Source of the DNA: Octopus sinensis
Lineage: Eukaryota
Length of the DNA stretch: 64,000 nucleotides
Reading direction: 5' to 3'
NCBI RefSeq assembly: GCF_006345805.1
Contig: NC_043001.1
Span: forward strand, 15,624,001 to 15,688,000
The notes under the pieces are model-generated. The model saw nothing but the letters and a program-made list of their open reading frames with translations. It was not told the origin of the DNA and made no database searches. Below are positions 24,720 to 37,274 of this stretch, piece by piece (positions within the stretch are counted from its first letter, which is position 1; every line of letters begins with the position of its first letter). A program made the position numbers and the translations under genes.

Positions 24720-25674
24720 TTGAGTAGAAAAATGAAATATCTTTTTATGGATAATTCGTTTATGCAGCCTTCGAAACATATGTCGAAAATAAAGGAAATT
24801 TGTTAATTTGTCGTTCAGCTCCATTCTTTCATTTATTCATAAATTTTATAAATATATATATATATAAATTAGGAAAAAAAACCCACCTTTTATTAATTCA
24901 AAATGAAAGATTTAATTACATAGAAATATTAAATATAAAATAAAATATATACCAAAGATTAAGTAATGTGCAAAATAATAAAGCGTGTATATATTCCCTC
25001 AAATTATTATTATTATTATTATATTTATATATAAAGAATGGAACAGAAAAATAATCATTAAAAAAAATAAACTCACCGTGAACCATAATGGTAAACTTCA
25101 TCGCTTAAAGAATTTGAGGAACTATCGTTCTACCTAAGTGTGGGTATGTGTGTGATAGAGAAGATATATAGAGAGTGACATTCCATCAACTTTTTAACCA
25201 AGCCCAAATTTGAAACTAACACAGCAGATCGTGTGCCAGTATTTGCGCATCATTGTTCTAGATAAACTTAATGAGTTTTAATGTCACCAGCACATGCCGC
25301 CGCCGCCGTCTCCACTCCCAACACCACAAGCACCATCAGCATTAATATCATCAAACACTACACGCGCAGCCGCCGCCGTCACAACCGCCGACTTTTATCA
25401 TCACACTCATTATTATCATTACGAATACTATCACCACCATACAAAAAGCCGCCAGCGAGTGAACGACTAGGACAAGGGTGTTGAGTACATGATCACACAC
25501 ACAGACACATACACATAGAGGGAGAAAGAGAGGAAGGGAGGGAGATGTGGTGGTGATGGTGTGAGCAATTAAGTGAAATCGAGAGAGATAAAAATTCTAC
25601 AATTTTTACAGAGAAGACAAATGAAGAAATGTGATGCCTTGTTGACTCATTCTTAGGAAACACTGAATGTTACA

Positions 25675-26054
25675 GGCACTCCACAACAGTTTTACGATGA
25701 CGAGGGTTCCAGAGTTGATCCGATCTATGGAACAACCTGCTCCTGAAATTTAACATGCAAGTGGCTGAGCACTCCACAGACACATATGCCCTTACATATC
25801 TCCTCACATATCTCCTCACAGAGATTCAGCGTGACACAGTGTGAGACAAAGCTGGCCCCTTTGTGAATGCAGGTACAACTGCAACAGGAAGAAAGAGTGA
25901 GAGAAAGCAGGGTTCCCCACCAGCCCCTGCCGGAGCCTTGTGGAACTTTAGGTGTTTTCACGCAATAAACACTCACAACGCCCGGTCTGGGAATCGAAAC
26001 CGCGATCCTACGACGGCGAGTCCGCTGCCCTAACCACTGAGCCATTGTGCCTCC
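25675..26054 (-). mobile_element. SINE family C, full length
   Basis: Head ggaggcacaatggctcagtggttagggcagcggactcgccgtcgtaggatcgcggtttcgattccc. Confidence 0.88.
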
Positions 26055-26345
26055 ACAATGTGACAATACTGGTCTTTTGAATTGCTGGTACAACTCATTT
26101 TTGCCAGCCCAATGGACTGGAGCAGTGTAAAATAAAGTGTCTTGCTCAAGGACACACAACCAGACGATGATCATGATCTTAATATTCCAACCACTTAGTC
26201 ACACCTTTGCTTAATATCTCTTCCATGCTGACATGGATAGGACAGTTTGACAGGATTCAGAGGGTTGCTTTGACCTCCAATTTCAGCTTCATCATAATTT
26301 CTAATGCTGCACGCCATTTACTAACTAATGCTAACCAATTTACAG

Positions 26346-26459
26346 TGTATACCGAGTGCTTTTTTCGTTGTAGCATTAGCTCTAGTGAGGTCACCAAATT
26401 TATTCTTGCATATCCATGGTTGGGGTATACCAGCAAATGGGTTTTACACTTCAGTTCTG
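26346..26459 (+). CDS. Candidate 114-nt frame-preserving exon of an unidentified gene
   Basis: Upstream TACTAAC/ACTAAT/GCTAAC cluster then ttacAG; CTG|GTACGT donor. Two frames are open (CIPSAFFVVALALVRSPNLFLHIHGWGIPANGFYTSVL or VYTECFFRCSISSSEVTKFILAYPWLGYTSKWVLHFSSG). Protein not recognised. Confidence 0.35.
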
Positions 26460-27240
26460 GTACGTGATTTTGGTAATATCAATTTATACCGGAAACAATA
26501 TTTATAATGAATTTAATAAAAATTGACATTTTTTAATCTTATATTCATTTTGTAAACAAATAATGCAATATTACATAAGCATTTTACAAAGTTTCTTTCT
26601 TTTCTGGAAACTTGCTGCATCCTGGCAGCTGAAGGCCCACGGACCAGCACCGGGTCTGTGGGGCCACCACTCTGAGTAGCACTGCTCTATGCACCAGATT
26701 ACTATAAAAACAAATCCCTTCACTTGCAGCCACCTCTCAGTCTTTGAGTCCCACTGTAAGATGAGAGAATAGGATGTGGGTGTGAAACAACAACAAAAAC
26801 AAAACCACAGATAACGAACTCCAATGTTTAAAGAATCTCCAATTTAGTGAGGAAGAGGGCATAAATATAATTGCTGTACTCTGTGTGTGTTATGGTCACC
26901 CCTCACCTTCCTTCTTTGTGTCCTTTCCAACAAAGCATTATTAGATGGTGGTAGGTTAGTTTTTCTATGTAATATAACTGGAGACTATCAGAGACAGTGG
27001 TGGTGATGGTGATGGTTATTATTGTTTGGATCCTTATCAGGCAGGTCCCATGCCCCTATGTCATTCTAGGTGTGCCAGTCCCTTCTTTTGGACTGCAGGA
27101 TTTCTGGGTCATATGCATGGTTTGAGAAGGGGAGGGGTAATTTAGCTGCTATTTCCAGTAAGTCAGTTGACCAAACAAAGACCCTTTTCCTTAGCTTAGC
27201 GAAATAATAGCAATGATAGAGTGGTGTTCATAGCATTGGT

Positions 27241-27629
27241 ATGGTAGTAATGGTGGTGTGTAGATATGTATATTATATATACCCACACACACACATTTAC
27301 ATTATAGTAGTGTGCATATGTATATTACACACAAATACATATACACATATACATACACATGCACACACACATATATACACATACATTTACATTATGGTAG
27401 TGATGGTGGTGTGTGTATGTATATTATATACACACACATATATATACACACGCATACACACACACACATTTACATTATGTTAGTAATGGTGGTGTATGTA
27501 TATTACATACACACACACACATATATATATATACACACACACATTTACATTATGGTAGTGATATTGGTGTGTGTGTATGTATATTACATACACACACATA
27601 TATATACACATGCACACACACACATTTAC
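27241..27629 (+). repeat. Degenerate 60-90 bp tandem repeat x5
   Basis: Units begin attatggtagtgatggtggtgtg and end cacacatttac. Confidence 0.85.
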
Positions 27630-27746
27630 ATGCAAAATAAACAGAGTGGTGCTATTGGTAACGAGTAATAATGTGATGGAGGAAATAGTGGCAGAGACAA
27701 ACACTTAACGAGCAAAGAGCACAGAGATAATTGCAAGCCTCTCTCG

Positions 27747-27786
<40 letters not shown>

Positions 27787-27908
27787 TGTGTATGTGTGTG
27801 TGTATGTGTGTGTGTGTGTGTATGTGTGTGTATGTGTGTGTGTGTATGTGTATGTATGTGTGTGTGTGTGTATGTGTGTGTGTGTATGTATGTATGTGTG
27901 TGTGTGTA

Positions 27909-27940
<32 letters not shown>

Positions 27941-28222
27941 TGTGGTGTGTGTGTGTGTGACTGACTGCATGAGCAGGCAGGGCATGTTGCTCAATTGTAT
28001 TGAACCAGTTCTGGCCATACTGGAGCACTGCTACATTTAACAGAAAAAGTATTCAATGACAGGCATATAAACATGTGCGAAGAAATCTTGCTTAGCTTCC
28101 ATGTGGTTTTGGGTTCAGTCCTACAACACAGCACTTTGGGGCTTGCTTTTATATATAGATAACCCTCCAATGCCAACCAGTGACTTGTGGGTGAATTTGG
28201 GAGACAGAAATTGTGTTAGGAT

Positions 28223-28450
28223 GAAGGCGGCGAACTGGCAGAATCGTTAGCACACCAGGCGAAATACTTAACGGCATTTCGTCTGCCGCTACGTTCTGAG
28301 TTCAAATTCCACCAAAGTCCACTTTGCTTTTCATACTTTCGAGGTCGATAAATTAAGTACCAGTTATGCACTGGGGTCGATGTAATCGACTCAATCCCTT
28401 TGTCTGTCCTTGCTTGTCCCCTAACCCTTGTGGGCAATAAAGAAATAAGA
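28223..28450 (+). mobile_element. SINE family B with partial CpG decay
   Basis: ccgccgagg has become ccaccaaag and acgccggg has become acaccagg. Confidence 0.85.
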
Positions 28451-29386
28451 AATTGTGTTACGATGGGGCTTCCCAGGTGAAGACACCATGCCAAAGCTGA
28501 TATGGAGGAGAATGTGGTCCGGCAACTTAATGGGGCCCGTCAAAGTATCTGACCCATACCAGCATGGAAAAAACAGATGTATGATGATGATGATGATGAT
28601 GATGATGATAGCTCTGGGGGCCAACCAATGCCTTGCAAATGAAATTGGTAGAATGGACACTGTGTGTGTGTGTGTGTATGTTAGAGTGTGTAGAGATACC
28701 ATGTCAAAGGTGATATGGAGTACAATGTACTTCTGCAACTTAATGGGGGCCTGTTAAACTGTGTCCAACCCATACCAGCCAGGAAAAATAGACATTAAAA
28801 TGATGGTGAGGATGAAAGCTTTGCTTGTGTCTTATTATTGGTTGAAAATTCCTTTCAGACAAACATGCAATCTCTTGTCACGATTCTGTTCTATATTTGT
28901 CTCAAAATAAATAAATAATAAAAAAAAAGACCCTTAAAAACAACATCAGGGGCCAAGCTAGGTAAGCTATGTTGGGACCTTGGCAGCAGAAGTTATCCAA
29001 CTTGTTTTCATAGTTATTACAAGTCTACAATGAGAAAATGGTTACATATACGTGCATGTGTGTGTGTGTGGGGAGGGGGCTGAAAAGTAGTAGTAGTGGC
29101 AGCAGCAGCAGCAGTAGGGAAGCATTTATCAATTTCTTTATTGCAGCATTCTTTTGTGTTTAACTTGAAAGAAAAAAAAAAAAAAGAGTCCAGAGAGCAG
29201 GAAGAGGAGACAAAAAGGAAATCTTCAGGTTGGTTAGAAGTGAGGGGGGAAGGATGGGGGAGACAGGGTTAAATCCCTCCTCCCCCCACCTTCAAGCTCA
29301 TTTCCATTGCTGACCCTGTTGCTAAGGGATACAAGGGTCCTCCAGAAGAGAAGAGATAGAGGAGCTGAGTGTAAGGTAAGGGGTTG

Positions 29387-29422
<36 letters not shown>

Positions 29423-30035
29423 GTAGAAAAGGAGGAAAGAAAAACTTGTCCTGTCATCATGCAAAACCTCCCCCCCCGCGCATCATCACCCCCTTGCCCC
29501 TGCCACATAGACTGGAGACACACAGACAGACAGACTGACACAAATATATCATCACAATCATCATCATCATCACCACAACCATCACAGCCTCTGCTACTGC
29601 TGCTTTTTTCCCTCCCTCCTATGTTTCAAGCCATCAAACCAGCGCTGTCCAAAATAGCTTTTAGGGGTCAGGGACACACAAAAACCATGCATGTGTATGT
29701 GCACACGTGTGTGTGTGTGTGTGTATTTGTATGAGTTTGTTGTCATATGAGATGACAGGAGTGTGTGTGTCTGTGTGTGTGTGTGTGTGTTTGTGTATAT
29801 CATATGGAGATAACAGGGGTTAGGTGTGGGAGGCAGGAGGGGTGGTGGAAGAAGAGTATAAACATGAGTAAAGGGGAGAAGAGGAAGGAGTTGGGGAAAG
29901 GGCACCCCCTGTACTCTAAAGTCTAAACCAAAGAGAAACAGGAGTATGAAAGAGGCCACTGTATATACATATATACATACGTGTGTCTCTTTCTCTATAT
30001 ATAATATATATATTTTTTGTTTATAATTGTGTGTG

Positions 30036-30066
<31 letters not shown>

Positions 30067-30287
30067 TTCACACAGGACCACTTTAAATGGCTATCTCATT
30101 TCCTTATGTCCTTGTAATATCGATGGCATTGATACAGAAATAAGATGGTCACAGAGAGAGAGGGGGGGCGTGTGTGTGAAGGAAAAGATGGCGGATTTCA
30201 GTTCTCCTGACTCCTCACCCTCAACTTCTCACCCACGGGTGCAGGCACAGCTGTGAGATTATGAAGCTACAAGGTATAGGATTTTAC

Positions 30288-30328
<41 letters not shown>

Positions 30329-30950
30329 TATATATATATATATATATAAAGGGTGCAGTGTTGCACTGATAACCAGCTGCTGGAAGATCTGCCAGAGGGG
30401 TTAAACTAGTAGCAACATGCAACAGCCAGTTTGTGACGATTGACTTTACTTGTTAGTAAAGTTACTACTCTCCCCTCTTCTTGAGATTTTACAGTTGCAT
30501 TTTAAACTAAATACATAGCATTGGTGACCAAATCGAAGCAGCAATGACAATGAATTTCATACCATGAACTCCCAGGGAGTAATCGTAAGGAGGTTCAATT
30601 TCTGAAGGGCCGCTTAAATGGGGCCCCACTTACTCTCCCCTTATTTCATTACTGCATTTACTTCACTCCTATGCTTATTGATTAAACTATGATCAGCATC
30701 AGTGCTCAGCACATTTGCAGAAATAAGTTTCATTACAAGAATAGGAAGCCACGAACTGGCCTGATAGTGGGGATGAAGGCCTCAAAGGTGCCCTCCACAG
30801 GATCTAGCCTGAAAGGTGACTTCAAGGCTAATATGTAATATATATAATGCAAACACATTTATCAGTTCGCTTTGCAAGGTTCCTGATGTGAAATTATGTG
30901 TTGAAACAGATACTGTTGTAGTTTGTGATGGTCAATTTATTTTTTTGTTG

Positions 30951-30985
<35 letters not shown>

Positions 30986-31177
30986 TTCAATGAAGTGAGT
31001 GAAGCAAGTGCACACACATGGAAAACGAAAAGTGTCACTGAAGAGGTCACAGATGTATGAGGAAAGAATTCTGGACAATGGACAGGCTTCAAAATAATAA
31101 AATGCCAGTAATAAAGGAGTGAAGGAAAGGAAGTGTGTTTATTTGGCATCTGCTTATCTGGCAAAAGCATAAATAAA

Positions 31178-31548
31178 TCTCTCTATATATAAACGGCAGT
31201 TTGTCTGTGTGTGTTTCTGTGTGTCTGTTAGGTTGTACCCTCACCCTGACCACGGCTTTCAACCGATTCTGATGAAACTTGACACACACATAGCCCAATG
31301 TCATAATTCAAAACTAATGCAGCGAAAATTTTGAAAAGTTCCCCCAGTTCTGAAAAAAATCGATAAATTCGACATGGGGTCGAGAATCAGAAACACAAAC
31401 CACAGACTGTCTAGGGGACGCAACTCGACCTTTTTAACTAAAAAAAAATTTACCATCATTTTTTTCCCATTTTTTGGCTATAACTCTCTAAAAATGCTTT
31501 ATAGTTATTTCCCTTACAAACCCGAGCAACGCCGGGCGATACTGCTAG
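31178..31548 (+). mobile_element. Non-autonomous Helitron
   Basis: 5' TC, 3' hairpin cccgagcaacgccggg then CTAG, inserted between A(31177) and T(31549). No TSD. Confidence 0.85.
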
Positions 31549-32328
31549 TAATAAATAAAATGACCATCCCCAAAGTACAATAATATATATATGTATGTAT
31601 GTATATATATATAGGCAAATAAAAAAAAAGCAAAAACAATAAAAAAGCAAAAGTCAAATGGATGTACACAGTGAATGTATTAGATTGATGCTTGGAGAAA
31701 GATTGAGATGAAAACAAAATGGGAATGGCTGGGGGGGGGGATGTTTTGAGTGTGGCTCTTCCCTAAGTAGAGAGAGGATTAAATTCAGGAAAAGGATAGT
31801 CCATACAGTGAGATCCCAAATGACTATTTGCCTATAGGGGCATGTGTGGCTCTATGGTAATACGTTTGTTTACCAACCACATGGTTCCAGGTTCAGTCAC
31901 ACTGCATAGCACTTTGAGCAAGTGTCTACTACTATAGCCTTGGGCCCAGCAAAACCATTTGAGTGGATTCGACAAATGGAGGCTCAAAGAAGCCCATTGT
32001 ATGTAAACACAGAAGTGTGTGTGTATGTGTTATGTCTCTGCAACTTAGTGGTTTGGCAAAAGGGACTGATAGAATAAGTACCAGACTTAGAAAATAAATA
32101 AGGACTGGGGTTGTGATTCACTCGACTAAAATTCTTCAAGACAGTGCCCCAGCATGGGCACAGTTTCATGACTGAAACAAATAAAAAAAAAAATGAAAGG
32201 GAAATATTTATTCTTAATATGCCTGAGCAGGTTCAAACGCCCCACATGTCCATCACAGCAACATGCATCGTAGGACAACAAGTTCATGATGACCGTCTGT
32301 TTATAACATACGCAGATCAACAGCACCA

Positions 32329-32445
32329 TTTCAACATGTTGGGTCTTGCGAAGCAGGAAAATTTGTTCCAAGAAATGGTTTTTTTTAAAGGCTTAAAGGG
32401 CCCTGGCACTTCTGCTTCTGGCCAGCAAGACACAACATGTTGAAA
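32329..32445. repeat. Inverted repeat / long hairpin
   Basis: tttcaacatgttgggtcttgc (32329-32349) pairs with 32425-32445 at 20/21. Inner gaagcag/ctgcttc. Confidence 0.8.
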
Positions 32446-32896
32446 CACTGATATCCCAGAATCCTGAGCACCAATAATAAACCAAGTGTGTTATGAAAAA
32501 CCTTATTGCCTTAAAAGGGAATTGTTCTCCTGTGACGTACACAACAACAATTAGCATATTTTGCATTTGAACTTGCCTGGACGCATTAAGAATACACAAA
32601 GAAATGTCATATATGTATTACTCTCTCTTTACTCGAGCAAATTGACCCCAGGACTTATTCTTTGGAAGCCTAGTTCTATGGGTCTCTTTTGCCAAACTGC
32701 TAAGTTTCGGGGACGTAAACACACCAGCATCAGTTGTCAAGTGATGTTGGGGGGACAAACACAGACACACAAACTGAGACCTTTGGTATTATGTCATGCT
32801 TGAGAAGAAGACCCATGAAAATTGCAGTTGTGGGCAATACAGGTGTCACACAAATGGCACACGTGGTGGTAGCATGTAAAAATGTAAAAGCACCTC

Positions 32897-33084
32897 GGTG
32901 CCGATGGCACGTAAAAGCATCCATTACACTCTCGGAGTGGTAAGCATTAGGAAGGGAATCCAGCTGTAAAGAAAAAAACCATGCCAAATCAGACTGGAGC
33001 CTGGTGCAGCCTTCCAGCTGGCCAACCAGGTCAAACCATCTGACCCATGTCAGCATGGACAATGGACGTTAAATAATGATGATG
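32897..33084 (+). mobile_element. RTE-like 3' tail repeat (family D)
   Basis: gtgccgatggcacgtaaaagc...gacccatgtcagcatggacaatggacgttaaataatgatgatg with (GAT)n tail. Other copies at ~28520-28610, 40225-40445, 41520-41740 and 44667-44860(-). The RTE assignment is inference. Confidence 0.7.
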
Positions 33085-35379
33085 AAATATATAATAGATT
33101 ATAGGCTTCCATAAAGTTTCCATCAACCAAATCCAGTTACAAGGCATTAATTGGCTTGGGGCTATAGAAGAAGACACTGGTCCATGGTTTCCATGGCAGC
33201 CAAGATACATGATACAATATATCCTCTGAAAAAGTGGAGTTTGATCAGAGGGTATCTGGCTGCTATTTCTAGCATGCCAAGGGACCATGAAGGAATTAAA
33301 GCAGCTTCATCTTTAATTCAAGTGGTTATTGTTGTGCTATATATATGTATATATATGTGTGTGTGTGTGTGAGAGAGAAACAATTGGGTCCTTGACTCAT
33401 CACAGCATTGACTAACCCTCCCATGACCTGCCACCACCACACTTCCACACACACAACAAATTTCTCATGACCTTTGACCTCCACCACCCTAACACACTGA
33501 CCTGTTCCACACCACACCACACACAAATAATTAGCTGTTGTTTCAGGCTATCTTCAGCTCCTCTGCCTTCTCCTTCCCTCCTACCCCAGACACAGCTGTA
33601 TTATCTATCTACACACAGACACACACCCACCCACACAGTGACTGCCATCTTCTCTGACCACCACCACCACCACCATATACACCATGGCATCTATCATTGG
33701 AACCCTAGGCAATGAACCTGTATATGTTCATTCTATTTGCTAGAAATAGCAATCAAATCACCTTTAAGTTACCTCCTTGAACATCAAAGGAAAAGAAAAA
33801 AGAAAAAGGTTGGGTGAGAAGACATTGAACAAATGCATTCATAGATATCAATAAAAATGGGATGGTCAGAACTGGAAGGTCTGATAAAAAGCCAGCTCAA
33901 GACACACTTATACCACCACCACCAGCAGAGTTTCACCTCTTCCTTCTCCTTCCATACACACACCCACCACAACCTCCACTTTTGTATACACACTATCACC
34001 ACCACCACACCACCATCACCACCACACCACCAACACCACCACACCACCAACACCACCACCACCACTACTACTACTACTACTAGCAGCAGCAGAGACCTTG
34101 ACCCAACCATCAAAGACAATGTACATCCATTTTTATTTGCCTAGGAATCCAGGAGCCAAAGCTAAGTGATATAATGGAGGTGGGAGGAAATGGTCAGATA
34201 CAAAAGGGTGAGGTGGGGGAGGAGTGGATTGGTCAACCACCCACAAATGGGAAGTATTGAGAGAGGGGGAGGGGGAGTAGGATGGGGGTGAATTTCATGA
34301 AGGTTAATTAAATATAGAAATCAGTAAAGAGATATGGGTGGAAGAGAAGGGGGGTAAATAATGAGATAGGGTGTGTGTTTTATTTTAATTGGTATTAAAT
34401 CTGAAGTGGTGTTTGTGTGTGTAACCCATGTGTATATATAGGTGTGTGTATATGTGTGTGTGTGTGGGCGTGTTGTATGTTAATCTGTTCCACTGATAAG
34501 GAGCTGATGAAGGACCAGGCCCTTAATGCTTTCTCTGTCCCTCTTGGAAGGGATTAAAGATCAAACAAACAAAACTGAGTCAGAGTGGATTTGAACCTAC
34601 AACACAGACATATGACAAAGACAGACAGGAAGAGACAACCCTGAGTATTCTAAGACCATAGACCTACACCTGGATGCTCTTGCTTTCATCTTAAACATAA
34701 AGCAGTGACATCTGCTGTGATTGAATAAACTCCAATGGAAGTGACAGTCCCAGCTGCAGCAATTGCATACAAAAGCAATGGTACTGTTGGTCAGTTTTAA
34801 GCTGGACCTGTTGGGTCAATCTTGCTTCTCTTCATGAACAATCCGCAACCTCTGGTCATTTTAGCCTTTTAACATTTAAAGTGGCAATTATTGGCCCAAA
34901 TGGTCTGTCTGTTTTATGCTCAAACCAACCAGATCCGGCCTCTCACACCTACCCAACAATGGTCATCGTTAACATAATCATATCATTGAAATCTCAAAGC
35001 ATGGCACCTTGGGCAAGTGTCGTCTACTATAGCTTTGGACATACCGCAAAGCCTTGAGAGAAATGAAAGATACCAGTCACATATATGTGTGTGTCCCATC
35101 GCTGCTTGGTATCTGGTGCTGGTGTGTTAACATCTCCTTAGCTTAGCAGTTCAGCAAAAGAACCCAACAGAATAAGTACCAGGCATTAAAAAAATTCTCT
35201 AAAGTAGTGCTCCAGCATGGGTGCAATCTTAATGGCTGAAACTAGTAAAAAACAAAACAAAAAAAAATTACCACATACATGTGTATCCATATAAACACAC
35301 ACACACACACACACGTGTGTGTCCATATAATCACCATAATAAATGAACAACATAAAATGAATATATAGAAAAACAACAG

Positions 35380-35537
35380 GTGCAGGAGTGGCTGTGTGGC
35401 AAGAAGCTTGCTTACCAACCACATGGCTTCAGTCCCTTTGCATGGCACCTTGGGCAAGTGTCTTCTACTATAGCCTTGGGCCAACCAATGCCTTGTGAGT
35501 GGATTTGGTAGACAGAAACCGAAAGAAGCCCGTCGTG

Positions 35538-35574
<37 letters not shown>

Positions 35575-35755
35575 CCAACATTACTTGACAACCGATAATG
35601 GTGTGTTTACGTCCACGTAACTTATTGGTTCGGCAAAAGAGACCGATGGAATAAGTACTAGGCTTACAAAAAATAAGACTTGGGGTCGATTTGCTCGACT
35701 AAGGGTGGTGCTCCAGCCTGGCCACAGTCAAATGACTGAAACAAGTAAAAGAGTG
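35380..35755 (+). mobile_element. SINE family A, full length
   Basis: Head, internal microsatellite and body. Confidence 0.88.
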
Positions 35756-35798
35756 AAGAGTACTACACATTATATACACACAAGCTGTACTCTTTGTA

Positions 35799-35841
<43 letters not shown>

Positions 35842-36034
35842 TATATATATGTGTGTGTGTGGTGTGTGTGTGTGTTACAAAGAGTACACACACATATGTG
35901 TGTCCATGTGTATATATATATATATAGAGATATATAATGGGGCATTTGAATTATAACGTCGGATGTAATCAATTGAACCACACGCGTATTTATCGTTATG
36001 GTAAAATCTGGCGTGTGATTGAGTGGATTTCATC

Positions 36035-36130
36035 CAGATAGTTTTGGCTGACGAGCTACAAGTGGATTTTTTTGTAAGTAAAATTACATTTAATTCATTA
36101 ATAGCGAAACAATTGCCCCAAAATAATCTG
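36035..36130 (+). ncRNA. Type I hammerhead ribozyme, copy 1 (cleavage triplet GCC, predicted impaired)
   Basis: Stem I CAGAT-A-GTTTTGG / CCAAAAT-A-ATCTG; core CTGACGA 36048-36054; stem II GCTA/TAGC with structured insert; GAAA 36106-36109; stem III AC-AATT-G(C)C. Confidence 0.8.
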
Positions 36131-36568
36131 TATTTTTGTTATTTTTTATTTGCCCTGTCCGTGTGAGCTAACAATCGTACTGACTTTCATGGGAAACATG
36201 TATTTTTGTGGTTGAAACCTTTTGGATTAACTGGTGCTAGAGTGAGCCATATAGTGACCACTCTCTTATATTTATTTTGTAAAAATATTATAATATATTA
36301 TAAAATATTATAATAATCCAGGTTTCTCGGAGCACTAGGCCACTTGGTGTTGAATAGATATACTATTAAATTAGTATCTAATTCTCTCACCCTTATTAAT
36401 TAATTATAATTATGCTACATTTATTTCTAAATGCAGTCTTTGTTTTCCGTGAAAGTTTGGCGCGCTGTTAGTTGGGGCATTTGAATATAACGTCGGATGT
36501 AATCAATTGAACCACACGCGTATTTATCGTTATGGTAACATCTGGCGTGTGATTGAGTGGATTTCATC

Positions 36569-36663
36569 CAGATAGTTTTGGCTGACGAGCTACAAGTGGA
36601 TTTTTTTGTAAGTAAAATTACATTTAATTCATTAATAGCGAAACAATTGTCCAAAATAATCTG
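36569..36663 (+). ncRNA. Type I hammerhead ribozyme, copy 2 (GUC site intact)
   Basis: Core CTGACGA 36582-36588; GCTA/TAGC; GAAA 36640-36643; palindromic ACAATTGT; GTC at 36649-36651. Stem I is one C short, giving a G bulge. Confidence 0.82.
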
Positions 36664-36778
36664 TATTTTTGTTATTTTTTATTTGCCCTGTCCGTGTGAG
36701 CTAACAATCGTACTGACTTTCATGGGAAACATGTATTTTTGTGGTTGAAACCTTTTGGATTAACTGGTGCTATATTTA

Positions 36779-36817
<39 letters not shown>

Positions 36818-36858
36818 TATATATATATATCATATACAGATATATATATAATATATAT

Positions 36859-36894
<36 letters not shown>

Positions 36895-37274
36895 CAGGGA
36901 GAGAGAGACAGACAGACAGAGAGAAAGAGGAGGAGGAGAGACATAATTATTGTGTGTGTGTATGTGTGTATATAGAAAGACTGAGAAGGGCTATTAGAAA
37001 GGACATCCAACCATAAAATACCCATTTCTCTGGGGGGTTTTTTTGTTTTGTTTTATGTGTAATTACACATGCTCTGCTTCACAAAATGTCAGCCTATACT
37101 CACCATCTCTAGCAACAGTTGCTATGGAAACTGTTATCGCCAGCATGACAACAATAACAACAACAACATCCACTAGGTGACAAAGCATGATGTATAGATT
37201 GCAGGTATGTTAGTATAAGGGGAAATAAGGGAAGGCAGGGTACACACACACTATTATTATTATTATTATTATTA

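Larger units (their letters stand above)
35938..36772 (+). mobile_element. Retrozyme-like element: two ~300-bp direct repeats (35938-36239, 36473-36772) with 534-nt period
   Basis: Repeats differ at only ~4 positions and each contains a type I hammerhead fold. No ORF of note; embedded in (TA)n on both sides. Confidence 0.8.

Noticed and set aside
36427-36654. 75-aa minus-strand ORF in the duplicated element as a transposase fragment
   Set aside because: No transposase or RT motifs are present. The conserved signal is RNA structure on the + strand.
35938-36772. Classical TRIM/LTR retrotransposon interpretation of the direct repeats
   Set aside because: The repeats start TG but end TA, not CA. 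No PBS follows the first repeat, no polypurine tract precedes the second, and no TSD is resolvable.
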